Part shown: positions 19,245-30,942 of the stretch, one piece after another
Layout: every line of letters begins with the position of its first letter
Position numbering within the stretch: the first letter of the stretch is position 1
Origin: Lama glama
Lineage: Eukaryota
Direction: 5' to 3'
NCBI GenBank assembly: GCA_028534125.1
Contig: CM052816.1
Location: 14,138,001-14,202,000, forward strand
DNA length: 64,000 nt
The notes under the pieces: model-generated
What the model was told of the DNA's origin: nothing
Seen by the model: the letters and a program-made list of their open reading frames with translations, nothing else
The model's database searches: none
Translations under genes and position numbers: made by a program

Positions 19245-22200
19245 TTCACACCCCGCCCCCCCGCCACGTCCTCACCCAGCAAGGTGCCAAGTTTGTCAAA
19301 GATCACACGCCAAATGGAAATGAGTAGCCAAGCTCTGGCGGGACAAAGCGGGGGGTGGGGGGGGTGGGGAGGGCTTCCTGGCCCTTGTGGTGACTCTAGG
19401 ATGACCTTAGAACCAGTGGAGGAAAGCTTCACTTTCTTATGAAGCTAAATCCTGCCAGGTGCTGCTAACTCCTCTGGCAAGCTCTCCCCTACACCACGGT
19501 GTATTTGTAACAGATGGACAACAAAACTGCGAAGTGGGGGAGGTTCATCTGACCAGCCCAGTACACAGAAATTCTGCAGCCCTGGGGCCCCTAAAACAGA
19601 GTTTCACGCGCAGACAGACACATACAGGCTGGACGGCAAACACAAAAGCCCTTGGCGGTTTCCTTATTTTCACTAGATGGGTGGACATTGCACGAAACGC
19701 GTTCCTTGGACCTGTGCAGGCTTCCATCTGTTACAGGACTTGCCTCTGCCTTTCTAATGCACCTTCCATCTCTCCATCTATTTCCCTCTATCCCCGGACA
19801 CCACTCAGCCCCTTCTCAGATGATGGAGCTGGGGGGACTTCTTCATTACTGTTGATTCGTCTGCCAATCACAAGGGAAGTTTGACCTTTCTTCTGAATAT
19901 GTGAACACATGCCGCTTGTTTGCTGAAAGAAAAGGAATTGAGCAATAACTGAAGATATTTTCTGTTACCAATAAGTGGGGTCCGACAACCAGCAATGGTG
20001 GGGGCAAAAGGGTTGCGGCGAGAGGTGAGAGCAGGAGCCTGGGTCCAGTTCTTGGTTCCTCTGGGCTCACCAGTTACAGCGTTTCCCAAGTCTTTGTGAA
20101 AGCCTTGGGTTCCTCTTCGAGACATCCAAACTCCTTCCGAGGGATCGCCTGTTCACTGCCCAAGCAGACACAAAGGACAACCTCCTCGCAAGTCTTGTCC
20201 GCTCTAGCATGAAGCCGTGTGGCCTGTCCCACCCCTGCATCCTGGAGTTTTCCTTCACTGACAAGGTGAGTCACCGGCACTTCGAGATGGTTTTCTTTTC
20301 CCTCATCTTGGTCCCAATTACTGTGTACCAGGCTGTGATTAAGTCTTGGTTGTCCTGATAGGCGGGGATGTGGGGCAGGCCTGCCCCTGGCTTTATTTCA
20401 TTTCCAACGTTGAGAGATTAAAAAGAACAAAAACCTATGCAGGACGTTGGGTGTGTAGAGTCTCGCCCACCCAAATGCTCCTGAGGAAAGAGGGGCTGAA
20501 GGAACATGTGCCTCTGTTTTAAAAAAAATCAGAGAAAATCCCCATGTACCTCTGTTGTCTTTCTTTCCTCAACTGGCCCTGTTTCCCATGGTCCTAGGTA
20601 TGAAATGGCTTTGGGTAATAATGGTAAGCATTTTATGAATGGGTCCTTTCTGCCAGGTACTGAACATACGTAGCAGATACCATTGTGAGCTACCTCTGAG
20701 AGATGCAGAAAGTGAGGTTCAGAGAAGGTGTTACGTGCCTGTTACGTGGTCGAGGGGTAGACGGGAAAATGGAGAGTTACAGGGTTAGCAGCTCAGTTTG
20801 GGGAAGCAGCACAGGACGGACGAAAAAAGATTCCATCCCCAGCGGTCGCATTTAAAAATAAAGGGAAAAGCAGCAGAACTTCAACTGTCTCCACAGCCAG
20901 AACCACACGCTTCCTAGGAGGGCCCCGCAAAGGGAGGCGGGTGCGGGGCAGCGGTCCCAGCCCTGGTGGCAGACAACTAGAACCCCTGGTCTTCAGGCCA
21001 GGAGGCCCCAAGCCGCTCCTACAGCTCCCCAGGTGGCCCCTGCAGCCTGCTGAACCTGCATCTTGAGATGAGCTCAGCTCTCCCCAGTGCGTTTGTGAGC
21101 TTGTCCAATGCACCCAGGCAGACAGCTCCGTGCTGGAGGTGTGTGCCAGATGAAAGCTGAGAGGACATTTTTAAGAGCCCTCAGTTTATTCATCGGAACT
21201 TTAATAAAACAATATGTCCATGGCCTGGGGCAGGTATAATTTTCATAATTTATGGGTCTCTGAGACAGGAAGAGAGCTCAGGGTTTTATTGTGTTTTGCA
21301 CGATAAATGGCATTCCAATTGTCTACATGATGTTCCTTCAGGACTCTTGTCTGGCAGGAACACAGGCCTTCTGGAGCCCACCTGGGCCTCAAGGCCCGAG
21401 GCAAGGGATAATTATGAATACATCTGTATCTGTTAAGCAGGAGATGATTGAAAAACTCCCTCGTTTCCTTCTGTCATTAGAAGACACTTCCTATGCCGAC
21501 ACCTACATTAACATTTAACTGTTGCAAGGTTTGCAACCCTCCCTGCTCCCTTCCTCCCGACCTTTCTCCCTTGGGGCTGGCCTGTTTCTCTTCTATATGT
21601 AAAGAGACTAGGTAACCAGCTCCTGACTGGCTCCTCTCCCACTGGGCGAGGTGAGAGAGGGAGTGGCTTCGGACCCTGAACAGAAAATCCACCTTCCGCA
21701 AAGCAAGAGAATGGAGCTCCAGGTGATGCTCTTAACTGGAACTGGAACACCTGCAGTTTTGTAGAAAGCCTTCACAGAATAACAGAAGTCAAGTGGCCTT
21801 ATGAAATCATTACAAAAGCTACTGCTTCTCAGGCAAGATGCTGCATTTTCATTTACAGTCTTGAAAATACTCAATATTAGGTTGATCTAATCAGCCTCGT
21901 TTTACAGATGAGAAACCCCCAGAGGCTCAGAGAGGGTAAGTCACTTGCCATAGGCCACACAGCTGCTAAGTGATGGGCCTTCCTCCAAAGCCGGTGTACT
22001 ACCTGCTAAGGTCCCGTTGTAACTTTCAGACCCAATCCAAGTGTCATCTCTCCTGGGATGCTTTCCTGTGTCCCCAGAAAGAGGTTTCCTTCCCACTTGT
22101 GCTTCTGTACAGGTCAGTAGAGGAGGTGGTCTTTAAATAAGATTACATCGGTACGTTGTACCGATGTACATGAGATGAGACTTGAACCTGGATCTAACCA

Positions 22201-25200
22201 CCACTTCACAACACCCCATATAAAATATTAATAAAAAAGTAAAATATTTGAGGCCCCATCCTCAAAGTGATCTCAGGAAGGATTCCGCGTTACCACTTGA
22301 CATTGTAACCACCCTCTCAACATTGCCATTGGCCAGCCTTCCTCATTTCCTCTGCAATCAAAAGAGAAATTGCTTCCCAGACCTGTGGAGTTATTGGGGC
22401 TGTGGTAGCCAGAGGCAAGAATCTTATGGAGTTGAGGGGGAGCTGTAAGTTGCCTCAGATAATTCAGAAGTATGGTCTGGTGGCTTCATGGGCGGGTGAG
22501 AGACAAACAGCTGTGTGGGGAGAGATGCGTGCACAGGGAACAGAGTGCAGCCCCCCCCCCGCAACCCGGGGCTTCCAGGGGCAAAGCACAAAGAGAGCAG
22601 AGACCAGGGAGCCACGGCAGACAGGGTGGACGCAGAAGGCAGCAGGACTAAGGGGCTGGGGACCACCCCCACTTGTTAGAAGCTGAGCTCCTCCCCACCC
22701 CCTGGGCTGCTGCTTGACGGGTTTCCATGCAATACTCCAGCCAGTCCTGGATTACTAAGGCTCTCTGAGGTGCCGGATCTAATCGGATTAGAGAACCAGT
22801 GTCCATCCAGGCGGAGCCATTTCCTAGACTGGGGACAGCCAGGGCCCTGGGGCTCTCCGAGAAGCGACTGCCACTTCCAAAGGCCCCTCCCCTTAGGGCC
22901 ATGTGCCGGGAAGAGCAACCGAACCTTATGGTCCCAATTCCCAGGGCCCTGCTCTGCCGCCTTCACTAGCGTGACCTGGGGAGAGTCGCTGCCCTTCAAA
23001 TAACAGTTAGGGGATGAGACAGTGTTCGTGCGCAGCACTGATAAACACTGTTCCTGGTATCTTAGAGGCAAAAGCCTTACTTGCGGAAGAGCAGAGAATA
23101 AAAGGACTCACTCTCCTCTCCTCTTGGCCCCAGTTTCTCCATCTTAAGCCTGGGAGTGTGGACCACATAGCCAGGTTTTCTGTCTGTCTGGGAAACTGGT
23201 TTTCAAGCCCTTATGAGCCAATCTATAGTATTTCCTACCAAAAATTCCCCCAAAGTGACATCAACGGTAATGATGCTGTCAGCACCACCACCCCTCCTCT
23301 GTCTCGCCCTGATTGTCTCTCATCTTTACCGTGCTCCTGCTTGCCACTCCTGCAACACCCAGTGTTGTGATGACCTGTTCGCACCTGTCTGTTCCCTGCT
23401 AGACGATGAGCTCTGGTTCTGAGGCCTCTTGTCCTTCATGACTTCAAGGCTGTCTGGCCTAGGTCACGGCACACGTGGAAACTGTCCACTGAGGTAACCA
23501 GCAGGTCACTTGCCAGTGGCGGGCAGCCCTCCAGAGTCCGGGCCGCTGTCCTCCCCAGGCCACCCCCACTGCCCTGAGCAGCGCCGCCGGGATCAGTACC
23601 TGCACTGACACCACGCCCCTCGGGAGCCTTCCAGCACGGCATCTGGCATGTGATCGGCAGTCAAACAGCATTTATTAAATGTGTTAATTAATGAATGCTA
23701 TACTGAGAGGAGGGTCAGAGAGGAAGGGACAAGTGGCCTCCGACTCTATTTCTGTCCTAAAGCTGGGCATGGGGGCGGATGCAACATTTTTACCACGAAA
23801 CCAAAACGATGTGAACAATGGGACCGGCTTCTGCCTGGTGTGCCTGACACTTGAGTATTCACCACCTGCCAGGCCTGATGCCAACCAAGTGCTTTTGACC
23901 CATTATGTCCTCTCATCCTCACTCTGTAGTTTACTTTTATGACCCCCATTTTACAGAGGAAGAAACTGAGGCTCTAGAAGGTGAAGTCATGTGCCCAAGG
24001 TCACACAGGCCTGGCTCCAGAGCCCCAGCCTTTCTCCCTGGGCTCCAACCCCAGACACTGGGACGAGGCAACAACAGGGTGTCTGGCCAGCCAAAGGGGG
24101 GTGGCTGGTGTAGGAAGAGGCTCTGGCCAGCTGCTGTAGAATCATTCATGGTCTGCAAAGGTCTTCAGGGCCAGGAGTTTGCAAAACTGAATCTGGCAGA
24201 TTCCCAGCCCTCTGCTCCCTTCACCACTTGCCTATGACAAAACATCCCCAAGGAGCAAAAAAGGAAGTCGGTTTAGGAACTTATGCAATTGGGTTTTTCT
24301 GGCCCTTCTAGAACACGGGTGGTTACCAGAAGCAATGATTAAGGGTCAGTACTGAATATTCATCACTCAGACCAGGCCAGTAAAAGAATTAGTACTGATC
24401 AGTTTCAGAGAAAAAAATCAAAGCAGTATTTAATTTTTTTTTAACTTTGTAAAAAGTTCATCTATCTTTTTAAAAAATAACATGAATGTTGCAAAAAAGA
24501 AAACAAGAAAAACAAAACTCCTCACCACATTCCCAGCTTTGGCTTAACATTTTGGTCTATACCATTCGTTCATTTAACAAATAGTAAGTGCCTACTATGT
24601 GCTAGAGACTGTCCTTCCATCTCAAAAACCATATGTGAGATCACACGGCACAAAGCTATTCCTGCAAAATGCTTTTTTCACTCAACAATGAACGTGTACT
24701 TTCTTCTGTATCTCCAGCACTCCGCCTCCTCCTTTTTAATGGCTGGTGCTGCGTGTCATTTTGCTTTATGCCTCAACATCTATCTCCTCTTCCCACTTCC
24801 CCTTGTGATCCGCTCTGCTCTCTACACCTAGCCACAGACCTCAGCTGGACCACACCAGACACACCATCTGCTTGCTCTGCCCAGGAGCCTTGTGGAGCCC
24901 ATGAATGTGTGTGTGATGGGGCACAGGGGGTGAGGGGGGTTGCTGGACAAAAGGCAGCCCGTTAGGGCCACCACTGAGGGACACAGCAAATTCCTCTCTC
25001 CCCGGAAGGACTGCCAAGTGGAACAGCTCTGACATAGGGCAAAATCCTAGATGGTGCTGCATTCACCTCAAAGATGACCATGAAAATAAACAGGAGGGAA
25101 GACAAAAGGCAGTTGTCCTTAAGATACACAGCTTTCACTGGGCTGGCAGCTCTGAGTCGGCACTGCTTAGAGATATGTCTTCCACAGTGACCATCATTTA

Positions 25201-25229
25201 TTTATCCAATCCTTTCTTGTCACTGCCCT

Positions 25230-25800
25230 TAAAACCTTCCAGTTCCTCCCTCCCCTTGAGTGTGGGCTGGACTTAGCGACTTGCTTCCAAAGAAGAGAAC
25301 ATGGAAAGAGAAAAACAGAAACTCTGCAGTGGAGAAATCTGGCAGATGCCCCTTGACCTAACAATCAATGTTAACAAGTTACATTGACATTGTATACTGC
25401 CTGAAATCATGTGATGAGAAGGCACGTCACCTCTCCTATTCTCCTAAATTCACAGCCTCCATCGAATCATGAGAGAACAGAGAAGAGAGACAAACCCAGA
25501 CTGAGGGAGATTCTACAAAGTACCTGACCAGTACTCTTCAAAATGTCAAGACCATGAAAGAGAAGGAAAGAGTGAGAACTTGTCACATACTAGGAAACAC
25601 AGGAGACTTGCAACATGGTGGAAAAACTGATGAAATCGGAATAAAGTCTGTATAATATTGTACTAATGTTAATTTCCTACTTTTGATAAATTACTATGGT
25701 TATGTAAGATTAAAGGAAGCTGGGTGAAGAATGGGGGAATTCTCTGTATTATCTTTGTAACTCGTCTGTAAATCTAAAATTATTTCAAAATAAAAGATTT
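25230..25800 (+). mobile_element. Old L1 (L1MC-like) 3' end
   Basis: ACAAACCCAGACTGAGGGAGATTCTACAAAGTACCTGACCAGTACTCTTCAAAA...GTAAATCTAAAATTATTTCAAAATAAAA resembles the L1MC 3'UTR. Confidence 0.7.
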
Positions 25801-26499
25801 CTAATTTTTATTTTTTAATTTTTAAAAGGCTTTTTTACATCAATAAATCTTCAGTTTCTTCCCATTGCATTTAGAATGAAAATCAAACCCCTTACTGAAG
25901 CCCACAAGACTCTGCTGAATCTGGCCCTCCTACCCTCATCTTGCTGACCTCCTGCCCCACCCCCATGAAGCCACTTCCTGCTTCTGAGCCCTTGCACTGC
26001 AAAATACTCCTGCTCCTGCCAAAATATTCTTCCACTCCCTTATGCATGGCCCACTCCTCTCATCTCTCAGCTGAAATGTCACCTCCTCAGAGAGGCCTTC
26101 CTGGGCTGTCTCTTATCCTCCTGGTCTTTTCCTTCACTGTGCTTATTTTACTTTGCAATGACATACACAGGTGTTCATTGACTTGTTTACTATCTGTCTT
26201 CCCCCATCAAGGGCAGTTTTATTCACTGCTATATCTTCATGGGCTAAACAGTACCTGGCACATTGGTTATCACTGATTTTTTTCTTTTTTTTTCAATAAA
26301 TGAACCCATCCCCTCCTGGTGGACATTTAAGTTGCTTAATTTTTGCTCTCACAGCTAATGTGGCAGAAACCTTGGTTGATACCCATTCCCAAAAAAACCA
26401 TTTTGTTTGCTGTCCCAAGTTTCTTCTAGGGTTCACCTCTTTATCATATAATTCAGGGAAAAATAACTATTCACAACTGCAGCGGTAAGCCCTAAGGTG

Positions 26500-26920
26500 T
26501 GTAATGAAATTATGTTGACCCCAGCCCCCTTGCTAGTGATTGGTTCATACATGGACATGTGACACAGTGATGCCCAATCGGATGTTAGGAGAAATCTGCT
26601 GGAGGCTTCTGGGAAAGTTTCTTCATTCTTAAGTGAGAAACAAAGAAGAAACCCATTGTAGTGTCTTCTGGCACTGGTACAGCAATCTTCTTAGTGTCGT
26701 AAATGGAGCTGGTCTGAGCATAAAGGCTAGAAGTTGAATGGCAGAGAGAAAGCAGGGAGAAAACCTGGCTCCTTTTTCACATTGTTGAGCTGCCTAATGA
26801 GTCAATCCTGAAGTCATTCTACCTGGAGACATTTTTAATCTAAGTGAATAAATCTTCCTTATTATTTAAGCCATTTTGAGCGGGGTATTTTTGTGACTTG
26901 CAATCAAAGGCATCCTCGCC
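26500..26920. mobile_element. Degenerate LTR remnant (ERVL/MaLR-like)
   Basis: GTGATTGGTTCA...CATGTGAC...AATAAATCTTCCTTATTATTTAAGCCATTTTGAGCGGGGTATTTTTGTGACTTGCAATCAAAGGCATCC. Confidence 0.55.
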
Positions 26921-29900
26921 GAGAGAGCTGGTAGATTTTCTACAAGGCTGGTGTTTAGAAATATCATAGTCTTGGGAGGGGCTGTAAGAAGTTGTCTTGA
27001 CTACTGCCTCAAATGTGTAAGTACAAGAAGTCACCATTTTCAACCCTTCCTGGAACTAACACCACAAAGTCATGTCTTAAATGGGCCCATGACGGTTTTG
27101 TAGAGCCATGTTCAGCTCTGTACAGTTGTCTGCAGCAGTCAGGGTTTGGCTGTTAGATTACCCGTAGGTAGTGGCTCTCTCCACCACCAGGTAAAGAAAT
27201 ATAGCAGCAGTTCGAGAGTTTTTCAAAGTGTATCCTATTAATTTCTTTAATATCCCCCCTTTTATCAAGGTGGGGGTACCCACAGACCTCCTAAAATCTT
27301 CCGAAGTAGATTACATGAAATGTTGTCTCTAAAATCAAAATCATGATTTCCTTGTAATTCCAGGAAGGAAGGGGGAAGTCAGATCTTAAATAAGTCCCGA
27401 ATTAGAAACAGTCTTTCTCCCCCCACCCCGCTAAAGCTGCACACAGCCCAACAAGTCTTTCTCTTGTGGACTTTCAGACTGGAGCGCCGCCAAAAATGTG
27501 AGCAAGAATTTGGCCCATTGTTACTTTAAATATCCTGTGTCGCAGGCCATCTAGGAATGTCTAAGTATGGGAATTTTCCTTCTGGGTCTGGGATAGAGAT
27601 ATAAATAACTCATTTGTTAGATTCTGTCTCCATCCTGCCTCTCCTAGCTTCAGTGGCCGTGAATAAGCCAGCCTTGTAAATAACAGTTACCAGCCAGCCG
27701 CTCAGTGGGCGAGGCTAGGAGCGTCATGCATTAGGCGCACTTTTCGCTCTTGCTCTGGAACAATCACTTCTACTTGCCAGGCGAGCTGGGAAGTTGCTAT
27801 TTCCAAGGCTGCCTCAAACTCCTCTTGAAAACGCAGCCTGGGAGATCATGGTTCAGGTAGCCTTTCTACCCTTCTGTCGAAGTCTAAAGGGCTTGTATTC
27901 ATTAGGCTGAGTAAGAAGAGCATTTCATTCCTGTCCTCACCACTTCCTTCCAGAAAAGGATCTGCCGGCGTTAGCCTTCCTCTTACATCTGTCACAGATG
28001 AACTGGTAGAGACGGTTTATCGCGGCCTCTCCCTTTCCAGCTCTAACTTCCCCTAGTTTCTCTGGCCTGGGGTTATAAATAAACCGAACAGACCTGCAGG
28101 TAGCTCCTGGACTGAGACCCAAGGGGCTCCCCACTTCTCTCCTCAGGCAGGACCCCAAGAGGCAGAGTGTGGAGGGTGACTGTGGGGTGTGACGTCACAG
28201 CCCACCCTTCCAGACACCTTCTCGCCTGCCCAGCCTTGTCTCTACCTCTCTCCTCTTTCCTCTGCTTAGAAACCTGTTGGAGTGGTGGACCTGAGATCCC
28301 TATGTCCTCACAAGATAGTATGTTTTCTGTCAGAACCGTGATGTAGCATGGAGTATACACATCAAAGGACCTAGGTTCCAATCCCGGCTGGATTTGACTG
28401 GCTATGTGAACAGACCAGTCACCAAGTCTCCCTGGGCCTGCATTTCCCCATCTGAAAAATGGGCACAATAATGACCTATCTCACGTGGACTCTTGTCAGG
28501 GGTCAGCGAGAGTCAGTGTGCACAGCATTTCCATGAGGTAAGACCTCAGTAAATAGAAGAAGACAGAACAAAAAGAGAGGAGGGGAGGGAGAGAAGGAGA
28601 AGAGGGCAGCAGAGAGAGACAGAAGTAGAGAAACAGGGACAGAAAGGGAGAGAGAATCACAGAGACACAGAGGTGGAGGGAAAGGAAAACAGAGCCCAGA
28701 CGCAGAGAGAAACATGGGGATCTGGGGTGTGGAAGTCCTGAGGGCAAAGGAGGGACAGAGCGGCTTCCTCTCCTGGTGGAGGGTCGGTAACTCACTGCCT
28801 GGGCCTTGTGCTGGGAGCTGAGCTGAATGCTCCCCTCAGATCCCTCGTTGCCTGATAAGGGTAACAGAGATTCCACAGTGCAGACAGGGAAGAGTACAAC
28901 TTGGGGTCTCCTCACAGCAAGCAGAGACCCGACGGCGGAGCAAGTGCCTGCCGGCTGGCCCTGCCCCAAGACTCACAGGGGGACCGGAGGCTGCATAGTC
29001 TGTGCACAGGCCCGGGCTCTGTGGCTGGTCACCCACCACACCACCACGGCACTGACATTCCAGAGCAAAGGAAACAGGATACGTCAGAGATAGAAATATT
29101 GTAGAAAGTAAAAAATGCTGCAGGGAAAAGAAATCAAGGGACCTGGTGGAGAATGACCCAGTTGGTGGTCAGGGAAGGCCTCTCTGAAGAAGTCGTATTT
29201 GACCTGAAACCCAAGGAGATATTTGAGGTCAGAATAAAGAAGTGGTCTTCCCTCACTGGGTCTCCCAGGACCTGGTCCTTACACACAAACATATCCCATA
29301 AAAGGGAATCAAACAAAAATCTGCAGAAGCTACCCAAATAAAGCAGGACTGAGATGAACCGGATGGGCAGTCCTTCAGAACTCAGTGGCCCCCTCCCAGG
29401 ACATGAGCAGGCAGAGGCTACGAGCCCCCAGGGTCGCCCTCCAGGGCTGCCCTCCAGGGCAGGGACGGGGCAGCAAACAAATGGCCCAGATAGAGACCCC
29501 TCCCCCACCTCACTGGAGCTATTTTCCTTCCTCTGAGAGCACCTCAGCTCACTGAATCACCAGGGCTTCCTCCCACAGCTGTGGGGGGGGGGCTTCACAC
29601 TTCTCAGCCCCACAGGACCCCACCTCCACCCTCCCCAGGCCACCAGGACGCTAAGGAACATACCAAAAAAAAAAAAAAAAGTGCTGAGGGGTGAGGTGCC
29701 AGGGGGAGCCGGGGAAGGAGTTCAAGGGAGGATGCCTCCCCTTGACCCCAAGCACAAGCCGAGTTGAAACTGCTCTTTTCAGGTCAAAGCTGCCAAAACA
29801 AAGTTAATGGTGTAAAAACAAAGTGAGAAGGTCACACAGGCATGGGTCTCTCTCTCTGGAACCCTGGGGTGGTGGAAGGTGTGAAAAGGACTTGACTGAA

Positions 29901-30852
29901 AAGCACTTTTCAACCATTTTGACTACAGATGCCCCTCAACTATAATAAAAGAGTGTGGGAAGGGCGGATACGGGCAGTCAGCAGCCAGTTTCCTCCACTC
30001 GGTAAACATGTATTTTTCCATGTTTTAAGCAAGCCAGAGACTTGATTTTCTCTCCCAACCGGCTCTTCCTGCAGCTCTCCCCATCTCAGTAAATATTTCA
30101 TTTACCCAGTAGCTCAGGCCAAAAATCTTGGGCTTGTTTTTGGCTTTATTTCCCACCCCACATCTGATCCAGCAGCAAATCGTGTTGGTTTACATTCAGA
30201 AAAAAATCCAGAATCTGATCTATTGTCACCACCATCCAAGCCACCCACCATCTTCTCTCTCCTCTGGGTTATCGCACTGGCTTCCGAACTGGCCTCCCTG
30301 CCTCCGCGCGTCGCCCGCACAGTTAATTGATTCTCTGTGTAGGGGCCAGAGGGAATTTACTGAGAACATTTACCAGCTGGGTGGCCTTGGGCAGGTGATT
30401 TTACTCCTCTGCACATTAGTCTCTGCGTCTACACAAGAGAGGAAATAATTTTACCTGCCTCAAGAGACTGCTGGGGAGATTAAATGAAATATAGTAAGAG
30501 TGCCTGGCAAATAGGAAGTCCTAGTAGTATGATTTGTCTGTCATTTCACTCACCATGCTGTGCGGCAACTAGTTTTTAAGAGGCATCTCTTTCCACAAGA
30601 TTGAGTGTTACTGGAAGTCATGGACCATACCTCATACCCAGCACAAAATCAGAAGTCAGTCCTCTGCTCACACCCTCCCGGGTGGCTTCTCCTTTCATTT
30701 AACAATATCTAAAGGCCCCACGGTGGCCCTGAAGGCTTCATATGATCTGTCCCTGCCTGCATGTCCTCCGACTTTCCTTCCTCTTACTCACTTCCTTCCT
30801 GCCACGTGGCCTTCCCTGAGGTTCTGCCATTATACCAAGCATATTCGGCCTC

Positions 30853-30942
30853 ATTTATTTTTTTTAATGGAGGTACAAGGGATTGAACCCAGGACCTCGT
30901 GCATGCTAAGCATGCCCTCTACCACTGAGCTCTACCCTCCCC
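30853..30942 (-). mobile_element. tRNA(Ala)-derived SINE, same family as 385-501
   Basis: Reverse complement reads GGGGAGGGTAGAGCTCAGTGGTAGAGGGCATGCTTAGCATGCACGAGGTCCTGGGTTCAATCCCTTGTACCTCCATTAAAAAAAA. Confidence 0.85.
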
